A stretch of DNA of 64,000 nt from Candidatus Bathyarchaeota archaeon (GTDB lineage Archaea; Thermoproteota; Bathyarchaeia; Bathyarchaeales; Bathycorpusculaceae), in NCBI GenBank assembly GCA_963720565.1, contig CAVRFW010000013.1, positions 64,001-128,000 of the forward strand. The letters run 5' to 3'. Under the pieces are notes generated by a model. The model saw nothing but the letters and a program-made list of their open reading frames with translations, made no database searches and was not told the DNA's origin. Numbering within the stretch: position 1 is the first letter of the stretch; the number at the start of each line of letters is the position of its first letter. The position numbers and the translations under genes were made by a program. This document shows positions 53,110 to 63,508 of the stretch, one piece after another.

Positions 53110-54186
53110 TTACCTTGTTATTTGGGCTTGCTTTACTATTTCCAGATGCTCCATGGCCTGCTTGTTGGTTTCAAAATATTCTCTGATTGGACGGATAATC
53201 TTGGAAATTTCATCTGCCACTGCATTTTTGAGGTCTTGCGGGTGCAGGCTGCCCTGGCAATAGGCTTTCGCCAGTTCGCTGTAGCTTTGGAATTCGATTG
53301 TCCCGCCGAATTTTGCGGGTCTCTCGATCTTGAATGTTTTGTTCTCATGGAAAACCACGTGTTCAACCAATTCTAGGACGGGGTTCATGTCTGCCTGCCT
53401 TTCTGGACACCAGGCTTTGCGTAGTTTTTCTTTTATCTGCTTTTCCGTGTCATGGATGAAAATGGCGGTCCATGGTTTTGACTTACTCATCTTGCTCGCG
53501 ATAACCTGCTCCAGCTTGTCTTGGGATTCAAGCTTGACTGGTTCAGCTATGCCCATTAGTACGTGGTGGTGAACGGCTATGGGTTTTTTCCATCCCATTT
53601 TCGGGTAAATCTCTCTAGCCAGCACGTGGGCTTTTCTTTGGTCCATTCCTCCGTGCGGCATTTCAGCCCCTATTTCTTTGACGTCAACAGCTTGCATTGA
53701 AGCGTAGAAGTACTGTGACAGGTCTAGTTTGTCGTTTTCGCATCTTCCCATGATGGTCATGCAGCGCAGCGTACGGTGGAGAGTCATGTGTTTTGCGAAG
53801 CGCAAAAGGTTCCGCCAGTAATCATCGTTGTTGTGGTAGAGGTCTGACCCCAAGACTATTTTGGCGCCTGGGCAGAAAAACTTGAAGGCTTCCTCGTAGT
53901 ATTTCGAGGCTGAAAGGATTTTGTCCCAGTCTCCTGCGAACTTGTTGTTGATGAAGCTGTGCCAGTCCGCGAGGAAAACTTGGCAGTTTATTCCTGCCTT
54001 GAGGAAATCGTTTATTTTGAATCCTGACACAATCAGGTTTCCCAGGTGCAGCAGACCGGATATTTCGAATCCTTGATAGTGTCCGGGGTGCTCGTTTGTC
54101 TGCAGTAGCTCACGTAGTTCTTCCTCTACCAGAATTTCTTCAGTCGGAGGCTTCTTGATTAAGTCAATCTTGGTTTCCAAGTCCAA
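53110..54186 (-). CDS. tyrS: Tyrosine--tRNA ligase
   Basis: YQGFEISGLLHLG, LADWH, YASMQAVD, GGMDQRKAH, KMSKS. Confidence 0.97.
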   Translation of the reverse strand: MDLETKIDLIKKPPTEEILVEEELRELLQTNEHPGHYQGFEISGLLHLGNLIVSGFKINDFLKAGINCQVFLADWHSFINNKFAGDWDKILSASKYYEEAFKFFCPGAKIVLGSDLYHNNDDYWRNLLRFAKHMTLHRTLRCMTIMGRCENDKLDLSQYFYASMQAVDVKEIGAEMPHGGMDQRKAHVLAREIYPKMGWKKPIAVHHHVLMGIAEPVKLESQDKLEQVIASKMSKSKPWTAIFIHDTEKQIKEKLRKAWCPERQADMNPVLELVEHVVFHENKTFKIERPAKFGGTIEFQSYSELAKAYCQGSLHPQDLKNAVADEISKIIRPIREYFETNKQAMEHLEIVKQAQITR

Positions 54187-54294
54187 TACAGGTCAACTTC
54201 TAAGCTTCTATATGGAGACGTGATTTAAAAGTTGCTTTTCTAAGCTACGACTATTTTTCGCGCAGTCCTGTGTTCAACTCGCTTTTGCAGTGAT

Positions 54295-55019
54295 CTATTT
54301 TTTTCTGGCGAGGTAAGCTAGCAGGCCGAAACCTGCACCTAAAACTATCACAATTAGGGATAGCGCTGGGATTATTCTCCAGAGGTCTGTTTGTGGATGT
54401 TCTCCACTTGGCGTTGGCGGTGGCGTGTTCCGGGTGAAGTAGTCGGGTTCGGGTTCTCACCCACAGTAAGGGTGTATGTTTCGCTCCAGCCGCTTGTTTC
54501 ACCGGTGAAATACTCCGTGCATTGACCCATGTCAACTATGTAGTATCCTATTCGCGCGTCAACTTGCATATCTAGTTTACCACCACTATGGACGTTACTC
54601 AGTATGGCAAGGTAGGCAGTGCGTCCAAAGGCGTAAGACTTCACTGTATACCCAGAGTCTGAAGGGTCGAAATGCCCAAGGTTTGTCCAATCATTCTCAT
54701 AGTGCCCCTTGACGCGTATGTTGAAGGTTAGGTTGACGTTATTGCCGTCTGTGTCGGTGTATGGAGTGAACGGTTGGTTCTTTATGGTGAAGACCAGGGA
54801 TTGGTTTTCTGCCCAGTAGCCAAAGGAGGCCGTCACATTTTCCCCTGTATAGGGGTCAATGAGGTAAGTCTCTGGCACATAATACGGATTAGACTCGATT
54901 TTCACGGTGAATTCCGGAACCGAAGGCTTGATGTAGGCTAACGCTGGCATAGCTTCAACGATTATTAAACTCGACACTGTTAGGAAGGCAATCAATAACA
55001 GAGTTGTTCGTTTGCTCAT
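54295..55019 (-). CDS. Secreted membrane-anchored protein (paralogue A), frameshift near 54425
   Basis: KPSVPEFTV..DPYTG..IKNQPF..SGWS; the TM tail PPPTPSG...IIPALSLIVIVLGAGFGLLAYLARKK* lies in a shifted frame. Confidence 0.75.
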
Positions 55020-55158
55020 GCTGCACCGCGCCCCGTTTACTCCTGATCGCGTGCATGCTTCATTCTATCGAATTTATAACCTTTGATATAAACCCCATAT
55101 CGATGGCAAGCGCATCTAGTTTCTGGTTTCATTCTATGCACCAGCGGCAATGCATGCG

Positions 55159-55905
55159 CTACTTTCTTTTGATGAGGTAGAACAGTAGACCTATACCTGC
55201 ACCGAAAACAAAAGCTATGATGGCAACAAAGACTATTTCGATTTGTCCTATTCCTGGCTGGATTCCTCCGCTAGGCGGCGGAGTTGCAGATTGGTAAGGC
55301 GTCGGCCATATTGTAGGTTGAGGTGTTGGCGTTGTATTCTCGCCAATAGTAAGGGTTAACGTCGGGCTCCACCCGCTTGTTTCACCAGTGAAAGTTTCAA
55401 AGCAGCCATTGTAGTTGTATGTGTAATATCCTACTCGAGCCTCGACTTGATAATCAACTTTGCCGCCATTAGGAACATAGCCAATATTGGGAATGCTGTT
55501 TCCCTCATAAGGGAAAGACTGCACTAAATATTCGGAGCCTGGGGAAACCTCGAAATGTCCAAATACTTTCCAGTCTGGTTCAAAATGCCCCTTACCCCGA
55601 ATACTGCAGGAAAGGCTAATCTCGTTTAAGCCATCTGTATCGATGTATGGCGTGAAATACTGGGTCTTTATTGTGAAAACCATTGATTCGTTCTTTACGG
55701 TGTAGCCCTGTCTGATTGTTATGTTCGCCCCCGTGTACGGGTCCGTTCCATATTCTGGCGGTACATAGTATGGGTAAGCTGCAAAATTCACAGTCAATTT
55801 CGGAATAGACGGTTTAATGTAGGCTGATGCTGGCGCGATTTCAGCCACTATCAGGCTCGACATTACCAAGAAGGCAAAAAGAAACAGAGCTGTATTCCTA
55901 ACCAT
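55159..55905 (-). CDS. Secreted membrane-anchored protein (paralogue B)
   Basis: KPSIPKLTV..DPYTG..FTGETSGWSPT, C-terminal TM + KRK; tandem paralogue of the preceding gene. Confidence 0.8.
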   Translation of the reverse strand: MVRNTALFLFAFLVMSSLIVAEIAPASAYIKPSIPKLTVNFAAYPYYVPPEYGTDPYTGANITIRQGYTVKNESMVFTIKTQYFTPYIDTDGLNEISLSCSIRGKGHFEPDWKVFGHFEVSPGSEYLVQSFPYEGNSIPNIGYVPNGGKVDYQVEARVGYYTYNYNGCFETFTGETSGWSPTLTLTIGENTTPTPQPTIWPTPYQSATPPPSGGIQPGIGQIEIVFVAIIAFVFGAGIGLLFYLIKRK

Positions 55906-56330
55906 ACCGTTCTAAAAAATAGGATATGTTTCCGCGATTAAAGCTTTTCATATGGTTGCTTGGTTGATGCCAGTTCCTATTGACACGAACTTGAAATGTC
56001 CATTTAAAACTGTCGGGCTTTTGTCTCCCATGTAACCTAACACTTAACTTCATTGCGGAGCCATTCGCTCTTCTAGGTTAAGCTCTCTCGGCATGGGAAT
56101 TTGTGCCCGGTCTCACCTGTTCCACGATTGGGTAACACTCGCATTCACAGGTGCAAGGTTTGTAGGTCTTGCTCCTCGTTTGAGTCCGTCGTCGTGGGTT
56201 TATCTGTGAGCAAATAAAAAGGGCTGGTCGTGGCTTATTTGCATTTCCCGCAATTGTATTAGTTGCTTACTGTAACATGAACCAACGCAAAGTCAAATCC
56301 ATAGGTCAGTAGCTGAATTTAATAAGGAGG

Positions 56331-56404
56331 GGCCGAGGCTGGGATTTGAACCCAGGCAAAAGGCTCCACAGGCCTCTAGGCTACCAAGCTACCTCACCTC
56401 GGCC
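56331..56404 (-). tRNA. tRNA-His (GTG), G-1 encoded, no CCA, no intron
   Basis: Acceptor GCCGAGG/CCTCGGC, anticodon arm GAGGC-CTGTGGA-GCCTT, T arm CTGGG-TTCAAAT-CCCAG, C73. Confidence 0.95.
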
Positions 56405-56446
56405 ACTTTTCGAGTGGCTTGGTACACTTTTCCACGTTTTCGGGGG

Positions 56447-57108
56447 TTATTTACGTTTTCGGTATAATCTAACTCCGTCAACAACGTCAAAAGACTCAAA
56501 ACCGTTTTCCCCCAGACTCAATCGCTTCTTGGCGTTCGCAGCGACTTTGATGATGAACTTGTCGTTGGTTCCGGGTCCAAAGATTGTGCGTGCTATAGTT
56601 ATGTAGCGTTCAGTATTCCGCAGTTCCTTATGTCCCAAGAAATCTCTAACGTATAGAGTGTCAGGTTTTTCGTGGTAGAGCATCGTAGCTTTCCAATGGC
56701 GGAAAGTGTGAAAGCTGATCTTTAGCAGACGCGGGTTTTGAAGTTTGATAGGCTAAGCCTTTGCGGGTTTTCGAGAAAGTTGATTTCATTGAGTCCAACG
56801 GGACCATCGCCGAAGACTCGCTCTTGGTGTATTGGGCAGAGCATTGATCATTCCAATGAGGGTTGGGGAAACTTGCCACATGCGAGGGTTAGAGCCTTTC
56901 TCAGGATTGTTCAGGCGTATAGTGTTGGCTTTTCGTCTATGTCGGTCCAAAGTAGTCGTTTTGCTTCGCCGCTTCGCATGGCTGTTTCTTTTAGCAGTTG
57001 CAGAAACGCTGATAGTTTTTTTCCGCATCCAGCAATTAGTGAATCAAGTTCTTGCTCGGTTGGGATGAAGGGTACGGGTCGTACTGGTCGGCATTTAGGT
57101 TTTTGCAC
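56447..57108 (-). pseudogene. Tyrosine integrase catalytic domain, 5'-truncated and frameshifted
   Basis: PFIPTEQELD, KETAMRSGEA, ISFHTFRHWKATMLYH, FLGHK..NTERY, tail GFE...DGVRLYRKRK. Confidence 0.88.
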
Positions 57109-57150
57109 TCTGGTATGCTAAGAATCTTATAGCCAAACCGAACAATAGAT

Positions 57151-57540
57151 TTGAGGGCAATTGAAAAGAGGAGGATAGAACAGTTGTTCAAGGGCATGGT
57201 GGTTTTGGGAGCTGTTCTTCTCGTGATAGGAATAGCCCTTTATTCTTTGTGGGCGCTGTTTGGACTCATGCCCTTTCCTGTCGGAGAGGGACGACTGCCT
57301 TTTTCCCAGTATTTTAGCATAGTCTTTGCTGCGTTCGGCATAATACTGGTGGCTTTCGGATTTTTGATTACGATACCGCGCTGTCCAAAGTGCAATACGC
57401 GTATGGAGTCGAAAAGAGGAGGGCTCACCGGTCGCGAGGGGGAGCGAGCCTATGTCTGCCCAAAATGTGGTTACGCTGAGCCGAGCGACACCTCCCCCTG
57501 GGACGACGCGTTGTTTTACGGCGGGCACGGCTATGGCTAG
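57151..57540 (+). CDS. 2-TM protein with C-terminal zinc ribbon
   Basis: Two TM helices, then RCPKC...VCPKCGY. Confidence 0.6.
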   Translation: MRAIEKRRIEQLFKGMVVLGAVLLVIGIALYSLWALFGLMPFPVGEGRLPFSQYFSIVFAAFGIILVAFGFLITIPRCPKCNTRMESKRGGLTGREGERAYVCPKCGYAEPSDTSPWDDALFYGGHGYG

Positions 57541-58079
57541 CTCCGCATGCGTTTTCTCGTTTGTCACTGCTCGTTCAAGATCGCCTTTAACTTGTTTATG
57601 AACTCTAATGCTAGCCAGGGGTTATACCAAACCATCTCGAAAGTCGGCGCGTTGTCAACTTGCTTCTTTATGCATGTACGTAGTAAATCATCATCACCTC
57701 ATCCTATCTTTGTCCCTCCCAAATTGTGCAAAATGGATTCTTTCCGGATCACCAGGCTGATCTTGTAGGGTGTCTTGAACGGTGAAGTTTTACTGCGCAT
57801 TGCCACTGTTGGAAGGCCATTAACAGTCTTATCCAAATCTAAAACTATGACTTGGTTGTGCTGCTCGAACTCTTTCTGCTTGCTCAGCTTCCGGACACGC
57901 AAACCTTATAGTCGAGGCACGAGACTAGACCGCAACGGGAAACCAAGTAGCCTTGTTCAAGCCCGAATTCCTCAAACCCATTATGGAAGGCAAGAAGACT
58001 CAGACGAGCGCGCGCTATGCTTCTGCCAGTATGACATAGGTTTTTAATTTGCCAAAACTAACCTCTATCCAAGATAAGA

Positions 58080-59366
58080 TTGACAATAAGTTATGTTTGC
58101 AGAAAATGTGGCAAAAGCCACTCGAACCAGGAATATGATGAGAGTAGATTCTGCCAAACTTGTGGCTCATTCCTCCTTTCGAAATATGATGTGGACCGCA
58201 GCCAGACTCTCTCTAAAAACAGAAGTTACGCAGAAGAAAACAAAATCTCGCAGGAAAGAACCGCAAAAACCAAAAAAGATGAGAAAAACGCTTCTGCATT
58301 AGTACGCGTAGCTCAGAGGTTAAGAGAGAGAGTTACAGGCTCAAGAGAGTACAAAGTAGTTTCGGATTCCGCAGCAAAACCCTCAGAACCAATAACCCCG
58401 CCAGTTGAGAGTTGGATATGGAACTCAGAATATGACGACGCGCTAAAACTTGAACGCGAACTCATCAGCAAGTTCAAAGAGAAAAGCCTTGAAGAAGCAA
58501 TACCCGGAAACACAATTTCAAACGAACAGGGCGAATGCTATTCAATCTCAACCACTTGCGTTGCCAGATTCAACCAGGCAAGCTACGAAAAAAGCAGACA
58601 ACTCCTAATCTCCGACCTCAAGATAATCCCGGCATCGGTCCAGCAAGAGAACACGCCCTCAAGCAGCAAGGCTACACGACCATAGAAGCACTCACAAATC
58701 ATCCGATTTGGAATAAACCAGCACAGAAATTCATGCAGCTAATAGACTCGAAAGAAATCGGATCAGCGCAAGACTGGTTGTGGCATCGCCTTCCAAAATC
58801 CCACCCATTAGCTCACTATTTGGCAGGCTTATGCAGCTGCGAAGATTTCGCCATAATTGACATCGAAACCCTCGGGCTCTCCGAAAGACCCATAATCCTA
58901 ATGGGAATAGCCAAACCAACAGGGAAGAGCATATGCACAAGTCAGTTTCTGCTTCGCGACATACCCGATGAGCCAAGCGCAATATGGGCTTTAATATCCA
59001 AGCTGGAGCCACATTCTTCTCTCATTACCTTTAACGGAAGAAGCTTTCGACATACCGTACATAAAACAAAGACTCGCCTACTACGGCATGGACGCATCCT
59101 TCAATAACCCACACTTCGACGTTCTCCATTTCACCAGAAGAGCACTGGGCAAGAAACTAACCGACTGCCGTCTCGAAACAGTCGAAAAATACCTAAACAT
59201 CGAAAGAGAAATAAACATACCTGGCGCAATGGTTCCCCACTTCTATGACACCTACCTAAAAACCAGAAACGTTGGACCTCTCGTCGCCATTGTCGAGCAC
59301 AACAAGCAAGATCTCATCACCCTCGGAAATTTGTTCTCACGACTCTACGAGGAATGGGACTTATGA
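58080..59366 (+). CDS. RNase H-like DEDDh exonuclease (YprB/MrfB-like), 2 frameshifts
   Basis: Zn ribbon, HhH-like PGIGPARE, IDIETLGL, TFNGRSF, HFDVLH, HNKQD. Confidence 0.85.
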
Positions 59367-61635
59367 TTGACGAATTCATCAGAAACATCAAGAGAAGTAG
59401 TTCCTACAAAAAGCAAATTGCACATTTAGAAGTAATCCCTCCCCAAGAAGCAAACTACGGCGAATTAGAAAAAGCCTTACCGGCAAATATTCAAAACTGC
59501 CTTATCGACAGAAAAATCCAGATTATACTCGCACCAAGCCGAAGCGATAAACAAAGCCCGACAAGGAAAAAACATCGCAATAGTCACCCCAACCGCTTCT
59601 GGAAAGACTTTAGCTTTCAACATTCCTGTCTTAGAAGCCATCAACAAAGACCCAAAAGCGACTGCGCTCTACCTCTATCCCACAAAAGCCCTCACAAACG
59701 ACCAGCTGAAAGTTCTCAAAGAAATGGAAGAAGAAACAGGTCTTGAAGTCTGCCCAAATGTCTACGACGGAGACACCCCGACAAGCCAGAGATCATAGCA
59801 TACGGGAAAACTCCAAAATCATCCTCACCAACCCATACGGTCTCCACCAATATCTCCCATGGCACTACAAATGGCGAACCTTCTTTCAAAACCTCAAATT
59901 CATAGTAATCGACGAAGCGCATGTTTACCGAGGAGTATTCGGCTCCAACGTAGCAATGCTCCTAAGACGCCTATTAAGAATCTGCAATCACTATGGCTCA
60001 GACCCGAAGAATCATACTGTCATCAGCAACCATAGCAAATCCAGAAGAACACGCCAAGAAACTCACGGGAAAAGACTTTGAAATCATCTCAACCGACGGT
60101 GCCCCACGAGGAAAAAAGACCTTCATGTTCTGGAATCCGCCCTTCATCGATGACGCCAACACCATTCGCCGCTCCACTCACCAAGAAACCAAAGACCTGC
60201 TGGAACTCAATATCCTAAACAACCTTCAGACTCTATGCTTCACCACTTCGAGGCAAATGGCAGAACTAATCACAAGATGGACAAAAGAAGATTTCCGCAA
60301 GAAATCGCCAAGACTGGCAGACTCGGTGACAGCTTATCGAGCAGGTTACCTGCCCCAAGAAAGAAGAGAAATCGAGAACAGACTGAAAAACAAAAACCTG
60401 ATCGGAGTCGTATCCACAAACGCCCTGGAACTAGGCATCGACATAGGCTCTTTAGACTCAGTCATTATCTCAGGATATCCAGGCACAGTCATCTCAACTT
60501 GGCAACAAGCTGGAAGAGCAGGCAGAGGCAAAACCGACTCCCTCGTTACCATGGTAGCCTTCCAAAACCCCCTTGACCAATACTTCATGAAAAACCCAAA
60601 AGACTTCTTCGGCAGACCACACGAACAGGCCATAATAGACTTGCATAATCGCTACATTTCCTTAGGGCACCTAATGTGCGCTGCATGCGAACTGCCAATC
60701 ACAGAAGACGACCGCAAATATTTCCCTGAACTCTTCCATGAAAGCCTCAAAGCACTCGAAGAGCAAACCCTCGTTCGCAAGACTCCCAGAGGCTGGGTCT
60801 ATTCCGGAACAGCAAGACCAGTTGAAATCGTAAATCTGGAAAGCATATCTGACAAAACCGTGACAGTCATCTGTGACGGAAACATACTTGAGACTTTAGC
60901 GCTAACCAAGGCCTACGAAGAAGTACATGAAGGCGCAGTCTTGCTCCACCAAGGCGAAACATACATCTCCGAAGAACTGAACCTGAAGAGCCTAACAGCA
61001 AGAGTCAGAAAAGAAGATGTCAACTACCACACCGAAGCCATGAAAACCGTGGACATATCAGTGAAAAAGGTTCTGGAAGAAAAGCAGAATGGAATCAGAG
61101 TGGGAATTGGGGAATTAGACATAACAGAGATCTACCACGAGTTCTTGGTCATGACATACGATGAAATCACAGGACGGCATCCTCTTGATTTGCCGCCGCT
61201 GAACTTTTCCAACCGTGGGCATGTGGTTCATAATTCCCGACGAAATCAGAGACGAAATAGACAGCAAAGGACTCGATTTCGAGGGAGGAATTACACGCCG
61301 TTGAGCATGCGATGATCGCGATGTCACCAATCTACGCAATGTGCGACAGATGGGATATTGGCGGTCTCTCAACACCAATGCATCCAGACACTGGGCACCC
61401 TACTATTTTCATTTACGATGGCTTTGAGGGTGGAATCGGAATTTCAGAAACCCTCTATGCCAAGATTGAAGAACTTTGGGAAAAAACACTGCAGCTAATC
61501 AGCAATTGTGAATGCAAAGACGGCTGCCCCTCTTGCATTTATTCACCAAAATGCGGAAACGAGAACGAACCATTAGACAAAAGAGCGGCGATTGACATAC
61601 TGCAAAAACTGCTAAAAATTATTGAGGAAAGATAG
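59363..61635 (+). CDS. DEAH helicase with DUF1998 Zn domain (YprA/MrfA/Hrq1-like), several frameshifts
   Basis: [59 protein letters not shown]. Confidence 0.92.
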
Positions 61636-61673
61636 CATAGGACACGCAGTTTTGCCTGGAACAACGCGCGCGC

Positions 61674-61695
61674 TTGGTTGGTTGGACTAAAATTT
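61674..61695 (+). repeat. 22-bp direct repeat, copy 1
   Basis: TTGGTTGGTTGGACTAAAATTT, identical to 62141-62162. Confidence 0.8.
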
Positions 61696-61701
61696 TACCT
61701 T

Positions 61702-61866
61702 TTACTCCCCTTTCTCAAATAGCAGATAATGATTAGTGCCCAAGGCTGGTGCCGCATTTCCAGCACAAGCATATGTATGCAGATGCCAACCTTCTTTTTC
61801 CCAATCCTTGATTACTTTGCCAATATTGTCATGATGCCCAACTAACACACACTTCCACTCTTTCAA
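61702..61866 (-). CDS. Small 54-aa protein (DUF4177-like), copy 2; absent from the ORF track
   Basis: MKEWKCVLVGHHDNIGKVIKDWEKEGWHLHTYACAGNAAPALGTNHYLLFEKGE; GAGGTGA SD. Confidence 0.8.
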   Translation of the reverse strand: MKEWKCVLVGHHDNIGKVIKDWEKEGWHLHTYACAGNAAPALGTNHYLLFEKGE

Positions 61867-62143
61867 AACAATCACCTCTCAAACAATCTTTGGAACGCAA
61901 AATTTTGTTATATTGTTCTTAGCTTAAATCACTTGTGATGAAACGTGAGCTTCAAAGAGCGTATACTCGATTCCGACTATACCTATACCCCATATTGATA
62001 TTGAATTGAACTTGTATCTACGGATAGCCTACATCTTGACAATACCATAGTTATCACCTGTATAGCCTGAATCCTGTATACACTCTAAATCAACGCTGTT
62101 TTCTGCAAACTCACACAATAGTTGTACGTTCAGTTGTTGGTTG

Positions 62144-62174
62144 GTTGGTTGGACTAAAATTTAATCCAACCAAC
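62144..62174. promoter_or_regulatory. 31-bp near-perfect palindrome upstream of the OsmC-cupin pair (operator or recombination site)
   Basis: GTTGGTTGGACTAAA-A-TTTAATCCAACCAAC, 14 of 15 pairs complementary. Confidence 0.55.
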
Positions 62175-62254
62175 GTGGTTTTATTTCAACGTATATCTTG
62201 TTACTGTGTGACGACAATCACATTGCTTTATAGTCTTGATTCAAAATAGTGTAA

Positions 62255-62833
62255 ATGGTGATTATTTTGGAAAAGAAAATTGTTAATGGGATATCAGTGG
62301 AACAGATTCAAGGAATGATTGACGCAGTCAAAAAGCAACCGCAGATGGCACAGGGTAAATTGTTCGCCAAAACCGTGTGGAAAAGTGGTTTCAATAACGA
62401 GGCTTCGATAAAGGACTTTATGCTTGGAGGAGCAATGAACACAACTAGTAGAACAAGCCCATTCATTGTTGCGGGAGACCATCCACCTGAGCTTCTGGGC
62501 ACTAATAAGGGAGCTGCTTCGGTGGAAGTGCTTTTAGCTGCTCTTGGACACTGCATATCTAACGGGTTCGCAATGTATGGAGCTGCTATGGGAATCACAG
62601 TAGAATCCGTCACTATTGATGTAGAGGGAGACATAGACTTGCAAGGACTGCTTATGTTGCCTGAACCTGGAAAAGTGCGACCTGGCTTCCAAGAGATTCG
62701 AGCTACATACTATGTTAAGAGTAACGCACCAAGAGACCAGCTTGAGAAGCTGGCAAAGATGTCAGAAGACTTTTCGCCAGTAAGAGACTCGTTGAGAGCA
62801 GTCAAGTTCTCCTCGAAACTAATAGTGCAGTAG
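62255..62833 (+). CDS. OsmC-like family protein
   Basis: DHPPELLGTNKG..VEVLLAALGHC, EGDIDLQG, RPGFQEI, SPV.DSL. Confidence 0.88.
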   Translation: MVIILEKKIVNGISVEQIQGMIDAVKKQPQMAQGKLFAKTVWKSGFNNEASIKDFMLGGAMNTTSRTSPFIVAGDHPPELLGTNKGAASVEVLLAALGHCISNGFAMYGAAMGITVESVTIDVEGDIDLQGLLMLPEPGKVRPGFQEIRATYYVKSNAPRDQLEKLAKMSEDFSPVRDSLRAVKFSSKLIVQ

Positions 62834-62843
62834 GGGAAGAAAA

Positions 62844-63188
62844 TTGGTTCTACAAAAAAAGAATTTTCAGAATCCTGATGAGACTCAGACTCCTCCAAAT
62901 GCAAAGGTAGAGAACATCAGAATAGGAGACATGACGGTATTGAAGGTAACTTATCAACCCGGATGGCAATGGTCAAAACACCAGAAAGCCCTTGCTGGAA
63001 CAAATTCCTGTCAAGTGCACCATTTCGGAGTCCTAGTCTCAGGTAGATTGCGTGTGAGAGCGGACGATGGCCAAGACATGGAATTCAGCCCTGGAGATGT
63101 AGCTGACATTCCACCAGGACATGACGGCTGGACCATCGGAAACGAACCTGCAATCTTCTATTGGTTCAGCAAAACAAACCCAAAGTAA
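62844..63188 (+). CDS. Cupin domain protein
   Basis: QPGWQWS, CQVHHFG, SGRL, IPPGHDGW. Confidence 0.88.
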   Translation: MVLQKKNFQNPDETQTPPNAKVENIRIGDMTVLKVTYQPGWQWSKHQKALAGTNSCQVHHFGVLVSGRLRVRADDGQDMEFSPGDVADIPPGHDGWTIGNEPAIFYWFSKTNPK

Positions 63189-63192
63189 ACTA

Positions 63193-63222
63193 CTCGCCCA
63201 GTAAGGGGCGAGCATCTTTTTC
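63193..63222 (+). terminator. Hairpin plus T-tract after the cupin gene
   Basis: CTCGCCC...GGGCGAG followed by TCTTTTTC. Confidence 0.5.
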
Positions 63223-63508
63223 TAAAATTTTAGAATATATTTTCTTGTTCATTTTATTTGCGTGTGTTTTTTGTTTGTGTGTTTTTTGTAGATAGAGGGT
63301 TAGTAGGAGAGTAGGAGATAGTTAGAGTTAGTTTGGGTTTGGAGCGCGCGCTGTCCATGCTACTAATGAAAGAATAGACCGCAACGCAGAGGATATAGCA
63401 GAGGGCTCCTCGAAGGCGCAACGGAGTACAAAGAAAACCAGCTTTTTGCGAACTATGGAAATGTTCTCCTCCGCGGGAATAATGTTCTCTACATTGTTTT
63501 AGACGTAA

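Noticed and set aside
55990..56290. Possible ncRNA downstream of tRNA-His
   Set aside because: I could not identify a recognisable family motif or a convincing long-range structure by eye.
57547..58047. Short ORFs between the Zn-ribbon membrane gene and the exonuclease
   Set aside because: No recognisable homology; possibly a decayed gene, but not supportable.
7578..61635. Many split genes (GH1, PQQ propeller, mfnA, mfnD, COG2413 NTase, FG-GAP, DUF6125, MFS, MrfA/B-like) as pseudogenes or programmed frameshifts
   Set aside because: The breaks are isolated one-base shifts in otherwise intact genes of unrelated function, with no shared slippery motif seen. Long-read indel error is the simplest explanation; read polishing would decide.
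57926..63387. Shared 12-mer TAGACCGCAACG near 57926 and 63376 as island boundaries
   Set aside because: The match is too short to exclude chance in 64 kb and is not linked to a tRNA or integrase end.
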